Shown in pieces: positions 30,424 to 39,368 of a DNA stretch of 64,000 bases. The DNA comes from Acidimicrobiales bacterium (lineage in GTDB: Bacteria > Actinomycetota > Acidimicrobiia > Acidimicrobiales > Aldehydirespiratoraceae), in the NCBI GenBank assembly GCA_965116485.1, contig OZ220692.1, forward strand, positions 3,250,134-3,314,133. The letters run 5' to 3'. How positions within the stretch are numbered: position 1 is the first letter of the stretch; each line of letters begins with the position of its first letter. Made by a program: the position numbers and the translations under genes. Below the pieces are notes generated by a model, which was given only the letters and a program-made list of their open reading frames with translations, was not told where the DNA came from and made no database searches.

Positions 30424-31595
30424 CCCGCACCTCGATCGGTATCGGCGTTATCGGTTTTGGCTGGATGGGTCAGGCTCACTCCCGCTCTGCGAAACGGATC
30501 CCTTCGCTGTTTCCAGAGCGGGAGTTTGACCCTCGCCTAGTCATGTGCTGTGACAATGTCGCCGAGCGGCGGACCGAAGCGCTCGAGAGCTTCGGTTTCG
30601 ACCGTGTCGCCGATGACTGGCAGAGCGTCGTGTCGGATCCCGAGGTCGACGTGGTCTACGTCACCGCACCCAACATGCTGCACGAACCCCTGGCGATAGC
30701 AGCAGCCGAACACAACAAGCACGTCTTCTGTGAGAAACCGGTGGGGGGCACTCCTGAGCAGACTGTGCGAATCGACGCCGCCGCGGCTGCCGCGGGAGTG
30801 ATTACCGGCGTCGGTTACAACTACCGCTGGGCGCCGCTGGTACAACATGCCAAAGCGCTCATCGACTCGGGCGCACTCGGCCAGATCACCAACTATCGAG
30901 GACGATTCTTCTCGATGTACGGCAGCGACCGGCTCGGCACGCTGTCGTGGCGCTACCTGATCGACCAGGCCGGTTACGGCGTGTCGTCAGACATCATGAG
31001 CCACGCGGTCGACTTAGCGCACATGCTCGTCGGGCACATCACCACAGTCATGGGGACCATGGAGACGTTCATCAAACAGCGGCCTCTCCCCTCGACCAAC
31101 GGCACTCACTACGACCAGGGCAAGCCCGGCGACCCGACCGGCGAGGTGACCAACGAGGACTACGCCGCAGCCATGGTCGTGTTCGAGAACGGTGCTCGCG
31201 GCACGTTCGAATCGTCGCGCTCAATTGTCGGACCCGAGAGCCAAATGGCGTTCGACGTCTATGGGACCAAGGGTGCGCTGCGCTGGAATCTGGAGACGAT
31301 GAACGAACTCGAGGTCTTCATCATCGACGACGAAGGCACGGCCCCACGCGGCTACACCAAGGTCTATTCCGGAGACCGCTACCCGTACCACGGACATTTC
31401 GTGCCCGGCGACGCCAACAGCATCGGCTATGAAGACCTCAAAGTCATCGAGAACTACGAATTCCTGAGCGCAGTGGCGAGAGGCGAGCAGCACCAACCGG
31501 GTTTCGCCAACGCCGTCGATTACGTGAGCTTTCAAGATGCCTGGTTGCGCTCGTGCGAAACAGGCTCCTGGACCAAGGTGGAGCGCTTGTCGTGA
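30420..31595 (+). CDS. Gfo/Idh/MocA family oxidoreductase (inositol dehydrogenase-like)
   Basis: Start at ATG 30420 (ATGA overlap with the upstream stop): MTRTSIGIGVIGFGWMGQAHS...FCEKPVGGT. Confidence 0.85.
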   Translation: MTRTSIGIGVIGFGWMGQAHSRSAKRIPSLFPEREFDPRLVMCCDNVAERRTEALESFGFDRVADDWQSVVSDPEVDVVYVTAPNMLHEPLAIAAAEHNKHVFCEKPVGGTPEQTVRIDAAAAAAGVITGVGYNYRWAPLVQHAKALIDSGALGQITNYRGRFFSMYGSDRLGTLSWRYLIDQAGYGVSSDIMSHAVDLAHMLVGHITTVMGTMETFIKQRPLPSTNGTHYDQGKPGDPTGEVTNEDYAAAMVVFENGARGTFESSRSIVGPESQMAFDVYGTKGALRWNLETMNELEVFIIDDEGTAPRGYTKVYSGDRYPYHGHFVPGDANSIGYEDLKVIENYEFLSAVARGEQHQPGFANAVDYVSFQDAWLRSCETGSWTKVERLS

Positions 31596-31638
31596 CACTG
31601 TCCGAGTCCAGCGCAGACGCGGCCCGATTGGAGCTGAG

Positions 31639-33504
31639 ATGAAGACAGTACGACTCACCACGAGCCAAGCCATCGTCAAATACTTGATGGCACAGAAGAT
31701 CATCATCGATGACGAGCTGAAACCGATCTTCCCCGGCGTGTTCGCCATCTTCGGGCACGGCAACGTCACCTGCCTCGGTACCGCCCTTGAAGAGGTCAAA
31801 GAGGACTTTCCCACCTGGAGAGGACAGAACGAGCAGGGAATGGCCTTGGCCGCTACTGCCTACGCCAAGGCCTCCAAACGTCGCCTGATCATGGTTGCAA
31901 CCTCGTCTGTGGGTCCGGGCGCAACCAACATGGTGACAGCCGCGGCAGTCGCCATGGCCAACCGCATGCCCCTGCTCCTGCTGGCCGGCGACACCTTTCA
32001 GAGCCGTATCCCCGATCCTGTGCTTCAGCAGGTGGAGCAGTTCGGTGATCCGTCGACCACGGTCAACGACTGCTTCAGGCCGGTCGTGCGCTATTGGGAT
32101 CGCATCACACACCCGGCCCAGGTCGTTCACTCGCTGCCCCACGCCCTGAATACGATGTTTGATCCGGGAGACTGTGGACCGGCGTTCATCGGCTTGCCTC
32201 AGGACATCGCCGCTGACGCCTACGACTACCCGGTGCGCTGTTTCGACGACACGGTCCACGAAATCCGTCGGCCTCGACCTGACCGCTCCGAGCTGGCCCG
32301 TGCAGCCGCGCTGTTGAGCCAGGCCGAAAAACCGTTGATCATCAGCGGTGGAGGTGTTCACTGGTCCGAAGCGGAGGCTGCACTCGCCGATTTCGTCGAG
32401 ACTCACAACGTGCCGGTGGTCGAAACGGTGGCCGGGCGAACCTGCTTGGCGCAGTCACATCGACTGCACGCGGGGACCATTGGTGTGACCGGATGCACAT
32501 CGGCTAACGCTCTGGCCGCTCAGGCTGATGTTGTGCTTGCGGTCGGCACTCGGCTGGGGGATTTCGCCACAGGGTCCTGGACCGTGTTCGCCAACGAAGC
32601 GGTCAGGATCATCGGGATAAACACCGCTCGCTTCGATGCCACCAAACACCTGGCGGTGCCGCTCGTGGCCGACGCCCGCGAGGCACTCACCGAACTGTCG
32701 GCCGCTCTCGGGGACTACCGCTCCTCACAGTCGTGGTCCGACACCTGCGCCTCCGAGGCCGCCCAGTATCACGCCTACATCGACAAGCTGGCCGCACCCG
32801 ACGACCCCTCGTCGCCCGCTGATTCACAGACACTCCCCACCTACGCGCAAGTCGTCGGGGTCGTCGATCGGGCAGCGGACGAACGCACCTACGCCCTCAC
32901 CGCCGCCGGCGGATTCCCCGGCGAACTCGTGAACGGCTGGCGCAGCGACACCGTGCATTCTTTCGACGCCGAATACGGCTATTCGTGCATGGGCTATGAG
33001 ATCTCTGGGGGCTGGGGGGCGAAGATGGCGCTGCCGGACCGCGATGTGGTGGTTTTCGTCGGCGACGGCTCCTACATGATGATGAACAGCGATCTGTACA
33101 GTTCGGTGCTGTCGGGCCACAAACTCATCGTCATCGTCTGCGACAACGGCGGCTTCGCGGTGATCAACCGGCTGCAAACCAACCAGGGCGGTGTCCCGTT
33201 CAACAACCTCATCGCCGATTCCAAGACCGTCGAGGAGGTACGCGTCGATTTCGCGGCCCACGCTGCGGCGATGGGCGCCGAATCTGAGACCGTCTCCACG
33301 ATCGCTGAACTGACCGAGGCTTTCGAGCGGGCGCGGGCCGCCGATCGCAGCTATGTGATCGCGTTGCAGACTTCGGCCTACGACTGGACCGAAGGCGGTG
33401 CCTGGTGGGAAGTCGGCGTTCCGGAAGTCTCGAACCGTCAAGAAATCAGAGATGCGAGGGCTGAACTCGACGAAGGCAGAGCCTCCCAGAGAGTGGGTTG
33501 GTGA
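31639..33504 (+). CDS. iolD: 3D-(3,5/4)-trihydroxycyclohexane-1,2-dione acylhydrolase (TPP enzyme)
   Basis: Start at ATG 31639: MKTVRLTTSQAIVKYLMAQK...IFGHGNVTCLG...GDGSYMMMNSDL. Confidence 0.88.
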   Translation: MKTVRLTTSQAIVKYLMAQKIIIDDELKPIFPGVFAIFGHGNVTCLGTALEEVKEDFPTWRGQNEQGMALAATAYAKASKRRLIMVATSSVGPGATNMVTAAAVAMANRMPLLLLAGDTFQSRIPDPVLQQVEQFGDPSTTVNDCFRPVVRYWDRITHPAQVVHSLPHALNTMFDPGDCGPAFIGLPQDIAADAYDYPVRCFDDTVHEIRRPRPDRSELARAAALLSQAEKPLIISGGGVHWSEAEAALADFVETHNVPVVETVAGRTCLAQSHRLHAGTIGVTGCTSANALAAQADVVLAVGTRLGDFATGSWTVFANEAVRIIGINTARFDATKHLAVPLVADAREALTELSAALGDYRSSQSWSDTCASEAAQYHAYIDKLAAPDDPSSPADSQTLPTYAQVVGVVDRAADERTYALTAAGGFPGELVNGWRSDTVHSFDAEYGYSCMGYEISGGWGAKMALPDRDVVVFVGDGSYMMMNSDLYSSVLSGHKLIVIVCDNGGFAVINRLQTNQGGVPFNNLIADSKTVEEVRVDFAAHAAAMGAESETVSTIAELTEAFERARAADRSYVIALQTSAYDWTEGGAWWEVGVPEVSNRQEIRDARAELDEGRASQRVGW

Positions 33505-34316
33505 TGGCGCAGCGTTTCGCCGGGAAGGTGGCGCTGGTCACGGGTTCGACTCAGGGAGTCGGAGCCGCCCTGTTGAACCTGATGGCCGACGAGGGACTAG
33601 CCGGTGCGGTGGTCGCCGGGCGCGACGCAGACCGGGGGTCCGCTGTTCAGGCAGCGCTCGAAGCCAAGGGTTGCACGGCGGTCTTCGTGCGTGCGGACCT
33701 GGCGGCCGCAGAGCAGGTTGAAGCGCTGATCGCGGCCGCCGACGAGCACTTCGGACGGATCGACCATCTGGCCAACTGCGGGGCCCTCACCGACCGCGGC
33801 AACGTCTGGGACACCAGCGTCGAGCTGTTCGACTCGATGATGGCAGTAAACGCCCGCGCACCGTTCCAACTGATTCAGGGAGTTGCCCGGATCGCCAGAC
33901 GCAACGGCGCGCCGGCCTCGGTGGTAAACGTCGGCAGCACGTCGGGCCACGGCGGTCAGCCTTTCATCACCGCCTACTGCATCTCCAAGGGCGCGTTGAT
34001 GACCATGACCAAGAACTTGGCCTACCAGTTGATGCGGCACCGCGTGCGCGTGGTCACCGTCAACCCGGGTTGGATGGACACGCCCGGCGAGGACGCGACC
34101 CAACGCAAACACCACGGAGCCACCGACGGCTGGCTGGAGGCCGCCTCCGCTACGAGACCGTGGGGACGTTTGGTGTCGATAGCCGAACTCGTCAACACCA
34201 TGGCTTTCGTGCTCAGCGACGAGGCCGGGTTGATGAGCGGAACCATCATCGACCTCGACCAGTCCGTGCAGGGAGCGGGCAACCCGCCAGTACCACCCGC
34301 CAAGCTCGGCCCATGA
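33504..34316 (+). CDS. SDR family oxidoreductase
   Basis: MAQRFAGKVALVTGSTQGVGAA.... TGATG overlap with the iolD stop. Confidence 0.85.
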   Translation: MAQRFAGKVALVTGSTQGVGAALLNLMADEGLAGAVVAGRDADRGSAVQAALEAKGCTAVFVRADLAAAEQVEALIAAADEHFGRIDHLANCGALTDRGNVWDTSVELFDSMMAVNARAPFQLIQGVARIARRNGAPASVVNVGSTSGHGGQPFITAYCISKGALMTMTKNLAYQLMRHRVRVVTVNPGWMDTPGEDATQRKHHGATDGWLEAASATRPWGRLVSIAELVNTMAFVLSDEAGLMSGTIIDLDQSVQGAGNPPVPPAKLGP

Positions 34317-34362
34317 CCGCTTACACCAGAACACGCGCAGAGTCCCAGATCCGGGACCGGCG

Positions 34363-35844
34363 ATGACCGCGGCGTTGCGAGACTACAGCCTGGCCGGCCC
34401 CGAGAACCGGCGCGCCCGCGAGAACGGACTGGCCGGTGCCCCGTGGTGGAGACCGCCCATCGACGAGAACCGGCTCGCTGAGTTGATGACGCGCAGCAAT
34501 GCCCGCGCCGCGCGTGACACCGCTCTGTGGCTCGGCGGGATAATCGCCTTGGCGGTGGTGATCGTGCTCAGCTGGTTCTCCTGGTATTCGCTGCCGTTGC
34601 TGTTCGTCTACGGAGCTCTCTACGGCGGAGCTGCCGACTCTCGGTGGCACGAATGCGGCCACGGGACAGCCTTCCGTTCGACGACCGCCAACAATGTCGT
34701 CTACTACATCGCCTCGTTCATGCTGTGGCGGGAACCCACCATGTGGCGCTGGTCGCACTACCGCCATCACAGCGACACCATCATCGTGGGACGAGACGCT
34801 GAGATCATCTTTCCGCGTCCGCCCAACGTGCGATCGCTGCCGTTGACATTCTCCCATGTCGTCAACGGCCCCAGGATGCTGTGGCGGTTGCTGCAACACG
34901 CCGCGGGCCGCATTGATGCCGACGCCGCCGATTTCATTCCCGCCCCTGAGCATCGGCGGTTGATCCTCGAGGATCGGATCTTCGCGGCAATCCTGGCGGC
35001 CGCTGTCGCAGGGTCAGTCATCCTGTGGCATCCGCTACCGGTGCTGTTGATCGGGTTGCCCACCATCTACGGCGGATGGCTGGTCGTGTTCTTCGGGATC
35101 ACCCAACATGCCGGCTTGCAGGAAGACGTGCTCGATCATCGCCTGAACACCCGCACCGTGTACATGAACCCGTTGTTCAGGTTCCTGTACTCGAACATGA
35201 ACTATCACATCGAGCATCACCTATTCCCGGGGGTGCCCTACCACGCCCTGCCCGCGCTTCACGAAGAGATCAAGGATTCGCTGCCACCGGCTCTGCCCAA
35301 CACCCGGGCCGCTTACCGAGAACTGCTTCAGGCGATGCGTCGACAATCAACCGACGTCACCTGGGAGATACCCGACCGAGGCGTTCCCGAGGTGCCGGAT
35401 GCCGCCCTGAGCCTGGTCGATCACGGCCCGATAGTCCCCGACGACCCGCAAGCGGCGAGCGCGTCGGTCGGGGCCGGCCGCGCCGATCTTGGAGCGTTGA
35501 ACGAGATCGCGGTCGGGCGGGCGCGCCGCTGCGACATCGGCGATCAAACCTATGCCCTTTATCGGCTCAACGAGTCCGAGGTTGCGCTCAGCGACGGGCT
35601 GTGCACTCACGCTGCGGCGCATCTGGCCGAGGGGCTGATCCTCGACGGGGCGATCGAATGTCCCAAGCACAACGGCCGGTTCGATCTGCGAACCGGCGAG
35701 CCGTTGCGCAGACCAGCCAAAGACCCGCTCAAGATCTATCCGTGCGAGGTCGTCGGAAGGCGGATCGTGGCGGATCTGTCCAGCACCGAGACACCAGGCA
35801 CCCCGAATGCCGACAACCACAGCAACAACAAGGAGACGTCGTGA
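34363..35844 (+). CDS. Membrane fatty-acid-desaturase-family di-iron protein fused to a C-terminal Rieske [2Fe-2S] domain
   Basis: Three His boxes (HECGH, HYRHH, HIEHH) and TM segments, then CTHAAAHL...ECPKHNGRF (CxH...CxxH). Confidence 0.8.
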   Translation: MTAALRDYSLAGPENRRARENGLAGAPWWRPPIDENRLAELMTRSNARAARDTALWLGGIIALAVVIVLSWFSWYSLPLLFVYGALYGGAADSRWHECGHGTAFRSTTANNVVYYIASFMLWREPTMWRWSHYRHHSDTIIVGRDAEIIFPRPPNVRSLPLTFSHVVNGPRMLWRLLQHAAGRIDADAADFIPAPEHRRLILEDRIFAAILAAAVAGSVILWHPLPVLLIGLPTIYGGWLVVFFGITQHAGLQEDVLDHRLNTRTVYMNPLFRFLYSNMNYHIEHHLFPGVPYHALPALHEEIKDSLPPALPNTRAAYRELLQAMRRQSTDVTWEIPDRGVPEVPDAALSLVDHGPIVPDDPQAASASVGAGRADLGALNEIAVGRARRCDIGDQTYALYRLNESEVALSDGLCTHAAAHLAEGLILDGAIECPKHNGRFDLRTGEPLRRPAKDPLKIYPCEVVGRRIVADLSSTETPGTPNADNHSNNKETS

Positions 35845-36854
35845 AAGATGTGCGAATCGGAGTCCTGGGTGTCGGTCGAATAGGTCGGATGCACGCGGAG
35901 TTGATTCAACGCCGCACCGATGGTGCATCAGTGGCCGCGGTGTACGACGTGTTCGACCAGAGCGCGCAGAGTGTCGCTGCAGAGTTCGGCACTCGCGTGG
36001 CCGCGTCACCCGACGAGTTGATCAACGCAACCGATGTCGACGCGGTAGCGGTGTGTACACCCACCGACACCCACATCGACTTTCTGGTAGCCGCGGCGCA
36101 GGCCCGCAAACCCGCCTTCATCGAGAAGCCCCTCTCGCTGAATCTTTCTGAAGTTGATCGTGGCATCGCGGCCGCCGAAGCTGCCGGGGTCGCCGTGCAA
36201 ATCGGTTTCAACCGCCGTTTCGACGCGAGCCACAAGTCGGTTCGAGACACGGTGGCCAACGGTGAGATAGGTGACGTGCAGATGGTGCGGATCACCAGTC
36301 GCGACCCCGCTCCTCCGCCTCTGTCATATCTCGACGGATCAGGCGGGATCTTCCTGGACATGACCATCCACGACTTCGACATGGCCCGATATGTGACCGG
36401 CAGCGAAGTGGTCGAGGTGTACGCCACGGGAGCAGTGATGGTGGATCCCGCCATCGGCGAGGCCGGCGATCTCGACACGGTGGTTGTGGTCATGACTCAC
36501 GAAAACGGTGCGATCACCACCATCGACAACAGCCGTCAGGCCGTATACGGCTACGATCAGCGTGTGGAGGCGTTCGGTTCAGCGGGGATCGTGGCCTCGG
36601 ACAACCCCGGTGTCACCACCACGACGATGCGCACCGCCGCAGGCTCAGCGGGATCGACCATCCCGTATTTCTTCTTGGACCGCTACATACCATCGTACCT
36701 GGCCGAATGGACGGATTTCACAGCGATGGTCCGGGACGGTGCGCCGTCGCCGGTCACTCTGCACGATGGACGAGCCCCGCTGGTGATCGGGCTGGCTGCT
36801 TGGCGTTCGTACCACGAGGGTCGCCCAGTCAAGACCAAGGAGATCACACCATGA
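35841..36854 (+). CDS. iolG: Inositol 2-dehydrogenase-like Gfo/Idh/MocA oxidoreductase
   Basis: Start at GTG 35841 (GTGA overlap): VKDVRIGVLGVGRIGRMHAELI...FIEKPLSL. The upstream part of track ORF 35025..36854 is an out-of-frame overlap with the desaturase gene. Confidence 0.8.
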   Translation: MKDVRIGVLGVGRIGRMHAELIQRRTDGASVAAVYDVFDQSAQSVAAEFGTRVAASPDELINATDVDAVAVCTPTDTHIDFLVAAAQARKPAFIEKPLSLNLSEVDRGIAAAEAAGVAVQIGFNRRFDASHKSVRDTVANGEIGDVQMVRITSRDPAPPPLSYLDGSGGIFLDMTIHDFDMARYVTGSEVVEVYATGAVMVDPAIGEAGDLDTVVVVMTHENGAITTIDNSRQAVYGYDQRVEAFGSAGIVASDNPGVTTTTMRTAAGSAGSTIPYFFLDRYIPSYLAEWTDFTAMVRDGAPSPVTLHDGRAPLVIGLAAWRSYHEGRPVKTKEITP

Positions 36855-37720
36855 CCGCCACTCCCCCAGCGCCCGCATCGTCGGCCTCCGCCACAGGACC
36901 GATCCGACCAGGAGTCGGCCCCGGCCGAATCCTGGAAATCACCCCCGAGACCGCCGATTGGACCTACCTGAGCTTCGCGGTTCACGAACTGAACGCGGAC
37001 ACGCCGTTCGTCGACACTGCAGATGGTCGCGAGACGGCGATCGTGCCGCTGAGCGGATCGGGTCGGGTGCGCGCAGGCGGCGAAGTCTTCGATCTGGCCC
37101 GCTCGTCGGTCTTTGAGCAGAAACCCCACATCGGCTACGTGCCACCCGGTGTCGAGTTCGCCATTGCCACGAACGGTTCGTTCACGTGCGCGGTGGGGTC
37201 TGCGCCTGCGGAGGGGAAGCTGCCGTTGCGTTTGGTCCGTCCCGACGAGATGCGCAGCGAGATTCGCGGCGGAGGCGCAGCGCATCGCCAGGTGGTTCAC
37301 GCGCTCGCCTCACCGTTGCCTGCCGAACGACTGATCCTCTATGAGGTTTATGTGCCGAGGGGGACTTGGTCGGGTTGGCCGCCCCACTGCCATGACGGGC
37401 GCGACGGTTCGCCATACCTTGAGGAGGTCTACTACTTCCGGCTCGACCGACCCGAAGGCTATGCACAGCATCGGAACTGGCGTTCCGACGAGGACTTCGA
37501 CGAGACCGTGGTGATCAACGACGGAGATGTGGCCCTGGTGCCGAAGGGTTACCACACCTCGGTGGCGTGCCCGGGATCGAACATGTACTTCCTCAACTAC
37601 CTGGCCGGTGAACTCGAAGGCGACGAACGCGCCACACCCCCGTGTTTCGCCGCCGAGCACACTTGGATCGAGAGCGACTGGACGGCGGGCGAGTGGGGCC
37701 TCCCCGTCGTGACCTCATGA
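36851..37720 (+). CDS. iolB: 5-deoxy-glucuronate isomerase
   Basis: Start at ATG 36851 (ATGA overlap). Cupin core ...EVYYFRLDRPEGYAQHR...VALVPKGYHTSVACPGSNMYFLNYLAGE. Confidence 0.85.
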   Translation: MTATPPAPASSASATGPIRPGVGPGRILEITPETADWTYLSFAVHELNADTPFVDTADGRETAIVPLSGSGRVRAGGEVFDLARSSVFEQKPHIGYVPPGVEFAIATNGSFTCAVGSAPAEGKLPLRLVRPDEMRSEIRGGGAAHRQVVHALASPLPAERLILYEVYVPRGTWSGWPPHCHDGRDGSPYLEEVYYFRLDRPEGYAQHRNWRSDEDFDETVVINDGDVALVPKGYHTSVACPGSNMYFLNYLAGELEGDERATPPCFAAEHTWIESDWTAGEWGLPVVTS

Positions 37721-37766
37721 GCCTCGCGTCATGAGCCTGGTTTCATGAGCCTGGTTTCATGAGCCT
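37715..37766 (+). repeat. 14-nt tandem repeat x4 (TCATGAGCCTnnnn) at the iolB/aldolase junction
   Basis: tcatgagcct occurs at 37715, 37729, 37743 and 37757. Each copy contains an overlapping ATG/TGA (ATGA). Confidence 0.9.
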
Positions 37767-38616
37767 CGAGGGCATTTCACACAACGGCCGCTTCTGCGTG
37801 CTCGCGATCGACCACCGTGATTCGTTGCTGAAGTTCCTGTCACCGGCTGATCTCGACGCGGTTTCGGCTGATCAGCTCACCACCCTGAAGACCGACATCG
37901 TGCGTGAACTGGCGCCGTTGGCCACCGGGGTGATGCTCGAACCCGAGTATTCGATCCCCCAGGTCGCTGACGCCGGAGCTCTGCCTGAAGGCATCGGTTT
38001 CGTGGCCGCTCTCGAGTCGCAGGGCTACCTCGGCGAGTTGGGTTCTGCGCCCACGACCGTTCTCGACGGCTGGTCTGTTGAGGCGGCCGCGGCCAGCGGC
38101 GCGGCTGCTGTGAAGCTGCTGCTGCCGTACCATCCCGACCGTGCTCTGGCCTCCGTGCAGCGGGCGGTTGCCGCAGAGGTGATCGCCGAGTGCCGCCGAG
38201 TCGGAATCCCGTTGGTCCTCGAACCGCTGTATTACGATCTCGACAGCCCGCACGACAGGCGCCGAGTCGTCATCGAAACCGCCCGAGCGTTCGCCGCGGC
38301 CGACCCTCATCTGCTGAAGCTGCCGTTCCCGGTCGATCCGACCCTTGAGCCTGACCGCAGCGTCTGGCTCGACGCCTGTGTGGAGATGAACGCGCTGATT
38401 CCGATGCCGTGGACGCTGCTGTCGGGCGGCGGCGACTTCGATTCGTTCTTCGCGCAGGTCGAGGTTGCGCTCGAGGCCGGTGCGGCGGGATGCATGGTCG
38501 GCCGTGCCCTCTGGGGCGAAGCAGCCCAAGCCCCCAACTCCGACCGCCTCACAGTCCTGAACACCCTGATCGCCCCCCGCCTGTCCCGCCTCCACTCCTT
38601 GATCTGCAACCCCTAG
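37759..38616 (+). CDS. Class I aldolase of the LacD/YihT family (probable 5-dehydro-2-deoxyphosphogluconate aldolase of the iol pathway)
   Basis: 285 aa. NGRFCVLAIDHRDSL, KLLLPYHPD and MPWTLLSGGGDFDSFFAQVEVALEAGAAGCMVGRALWGE resemble tagatose-bisphosphate/sulfofructosephosphate aldolases. Confidence 0.75.
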   Translation: MSLEGISHNGRFCVLAIDHRDSLLKFLSPADLDAVSADQLTTLKTDIVRELAPLATGVMLEPEYSIPQVADAGALPEGIGFVAALESQGYLGELGSAPTTVLDGWSVEAAAASGAAAVKLLLPYHPDRALASVQRAVAAEVIAECRRVGIPLVLEPLYYDLDSPHDRRRVVIETARAFAAADPHLLKLPFPVDPTLEPDRSVWLDACVEMNALIPMPWTLLSGGGDFDSFFAQVEVALEAGAAGCMVGRALWGEAAQAPNSDRLTVLNTLIAPRLSRLHSLICNP

Positions 38617-38732
38617 CGTCCACGATTCGGCGAGCCGACCGTAGGAAATTGATTAATTTTCAATATTTTCCAATATAGTTTGTTCAGCCGTATACAGTGA
38701 GATTTCAAGACCAAGCGTTAGCAGAGTACGCT
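38376..38732 (+). repeat. Direct repeat copy 1 (attL-like): last ~80 codons of the aldolase gene plus 116 bp downstream
   Basis: Aligns without indels to 50946-51302 (offset 12570). I count ~16 mismatches, and the final ~80 bp are identical. Confidence 0.95.
38668..38696 (+). promoter_or_regulatory. Candidate sigma70-type promoter TTCCAA-N17-TATACA inside the AT-rich part of the direct repeat (second copy at 51238-51266)
   Basis: AT-rich segment gaaattgattaattttcaatattttccaatatagtttgttcagccgtataca in otherwise GC-rich DNA. It lies directly upstream of the first ORF on each side. Confidence 0.35.
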
Positions 38733-38762
38733 AGAAACAACGTTGCGCTGAGAGGACAAGCG

Positions 38763-38966
38763 ATGGCCACCAAGCACTTGCAGCAAGGGCTCGCCTCAGT
38801 CAGCGACCAAGAAGAGGACGAACAAACTCTGACCATTGAGGATCTCAAGGCCAGCACCGGCAAAGGGCCGCGCCTGGATTCCGAGGACATCGCCAACACC
38901 TACTACAGCGACGAGGAATTTCTCGCCGCGCTCGAGGCTAGGCGCAACAAAAACTCAACCGCGTAA
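38763..38966 (+). CDS. Small acidic protein, putative antitoxin of the following RelE/ParE-like gene
   Basis: ATG at 38763 preceded by GAGAGGA; 67 aa, MATKHLQQGLASVSDQEEDEQTLTIEDLK.... The assignment rests on position upstream of the toxin-like gene. Confidence 0.45.
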   Translation: MATKHLQQGLASVSDQEEDEQTLTIEDLKASTGKGPRLDSEDIANTYYSDEEFLAALEARRNKNSTA

Positions 38967-38977
38967 GCGGCCGTCCA

Positions 38978-39280
38978 TTGCCCACTCACTTCGAGACGCA
39001 AGCGTTCTTGCGCGATCAACGCAGACTCACGCCCCAGCAAGCGGACCGCTTCCGAGTCCGCCTAGGGGATTTCATTGACGACCTGCGGGAGATGGAAGAA
39101 GGGCGACGACGCTGGTTCCGTTCGGGACTTCGCGTCAAGAAGCTGTCCGCTGCATCAGGAATGTACGAGATGTCGTGGGCTCCAGACGGCCGCGCGACTT
39201 TCGCAATCGGTGACCCCATCGTCAGTGGCAAATTGCACATTGTGTGGTTGCGGGTCGGCGGTCATGAAGTCCTTCCGTAA
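38978..39280 (+). CDS. RelE/ParE-superfamily toxin-like protein
   Basis: 100 aa. The pattern F..D...L......F...L......GLRVKKL....GMYEMSWAPDGRATF......HIVWLRVGGH is typical of RelE/ParE-fold toxins. Confidence 0.6.
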   Translation: MPTHFETQAFLRDQRRLTPQQADRFRVRLGDFIDDLREMEEGRRRWFRSGLRVKKLSAASGMYEMSWAPDGRATFAIGDPIVSGKLHIVWLRVGGHEVLP

Positions 39281-39368
39281 GCCCTCCAGTTGACCGACTT
39301 CCCAACAATCGACGGTCATCAGTGGGACGCCTTGAGAGTCAGCGGATCTGCCGGGTAGGGTTTCCGGC

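Noticed and set aside
35025-35840. N-terminal 272 codons of the 609-aa ORF 35025..36854.
   Set aside because: It overlaps the desaturase::Rieske gene out of frame and is Arg/Pro-rich. The dehydrogenase Rossmann motif starts right after GTG 35841, which overlaps the upstream stop.
38617-38732. A possible tRNA or tmRNA gene as the integration target within the repeat.
   Set aside because: The segment is AT-rich with no cloverleaf-compatible stems or a conserved T-loop (GTTCGAATC-like) sequence. The target is the 3' end of a protein-coding gene plus its downstream spacer.
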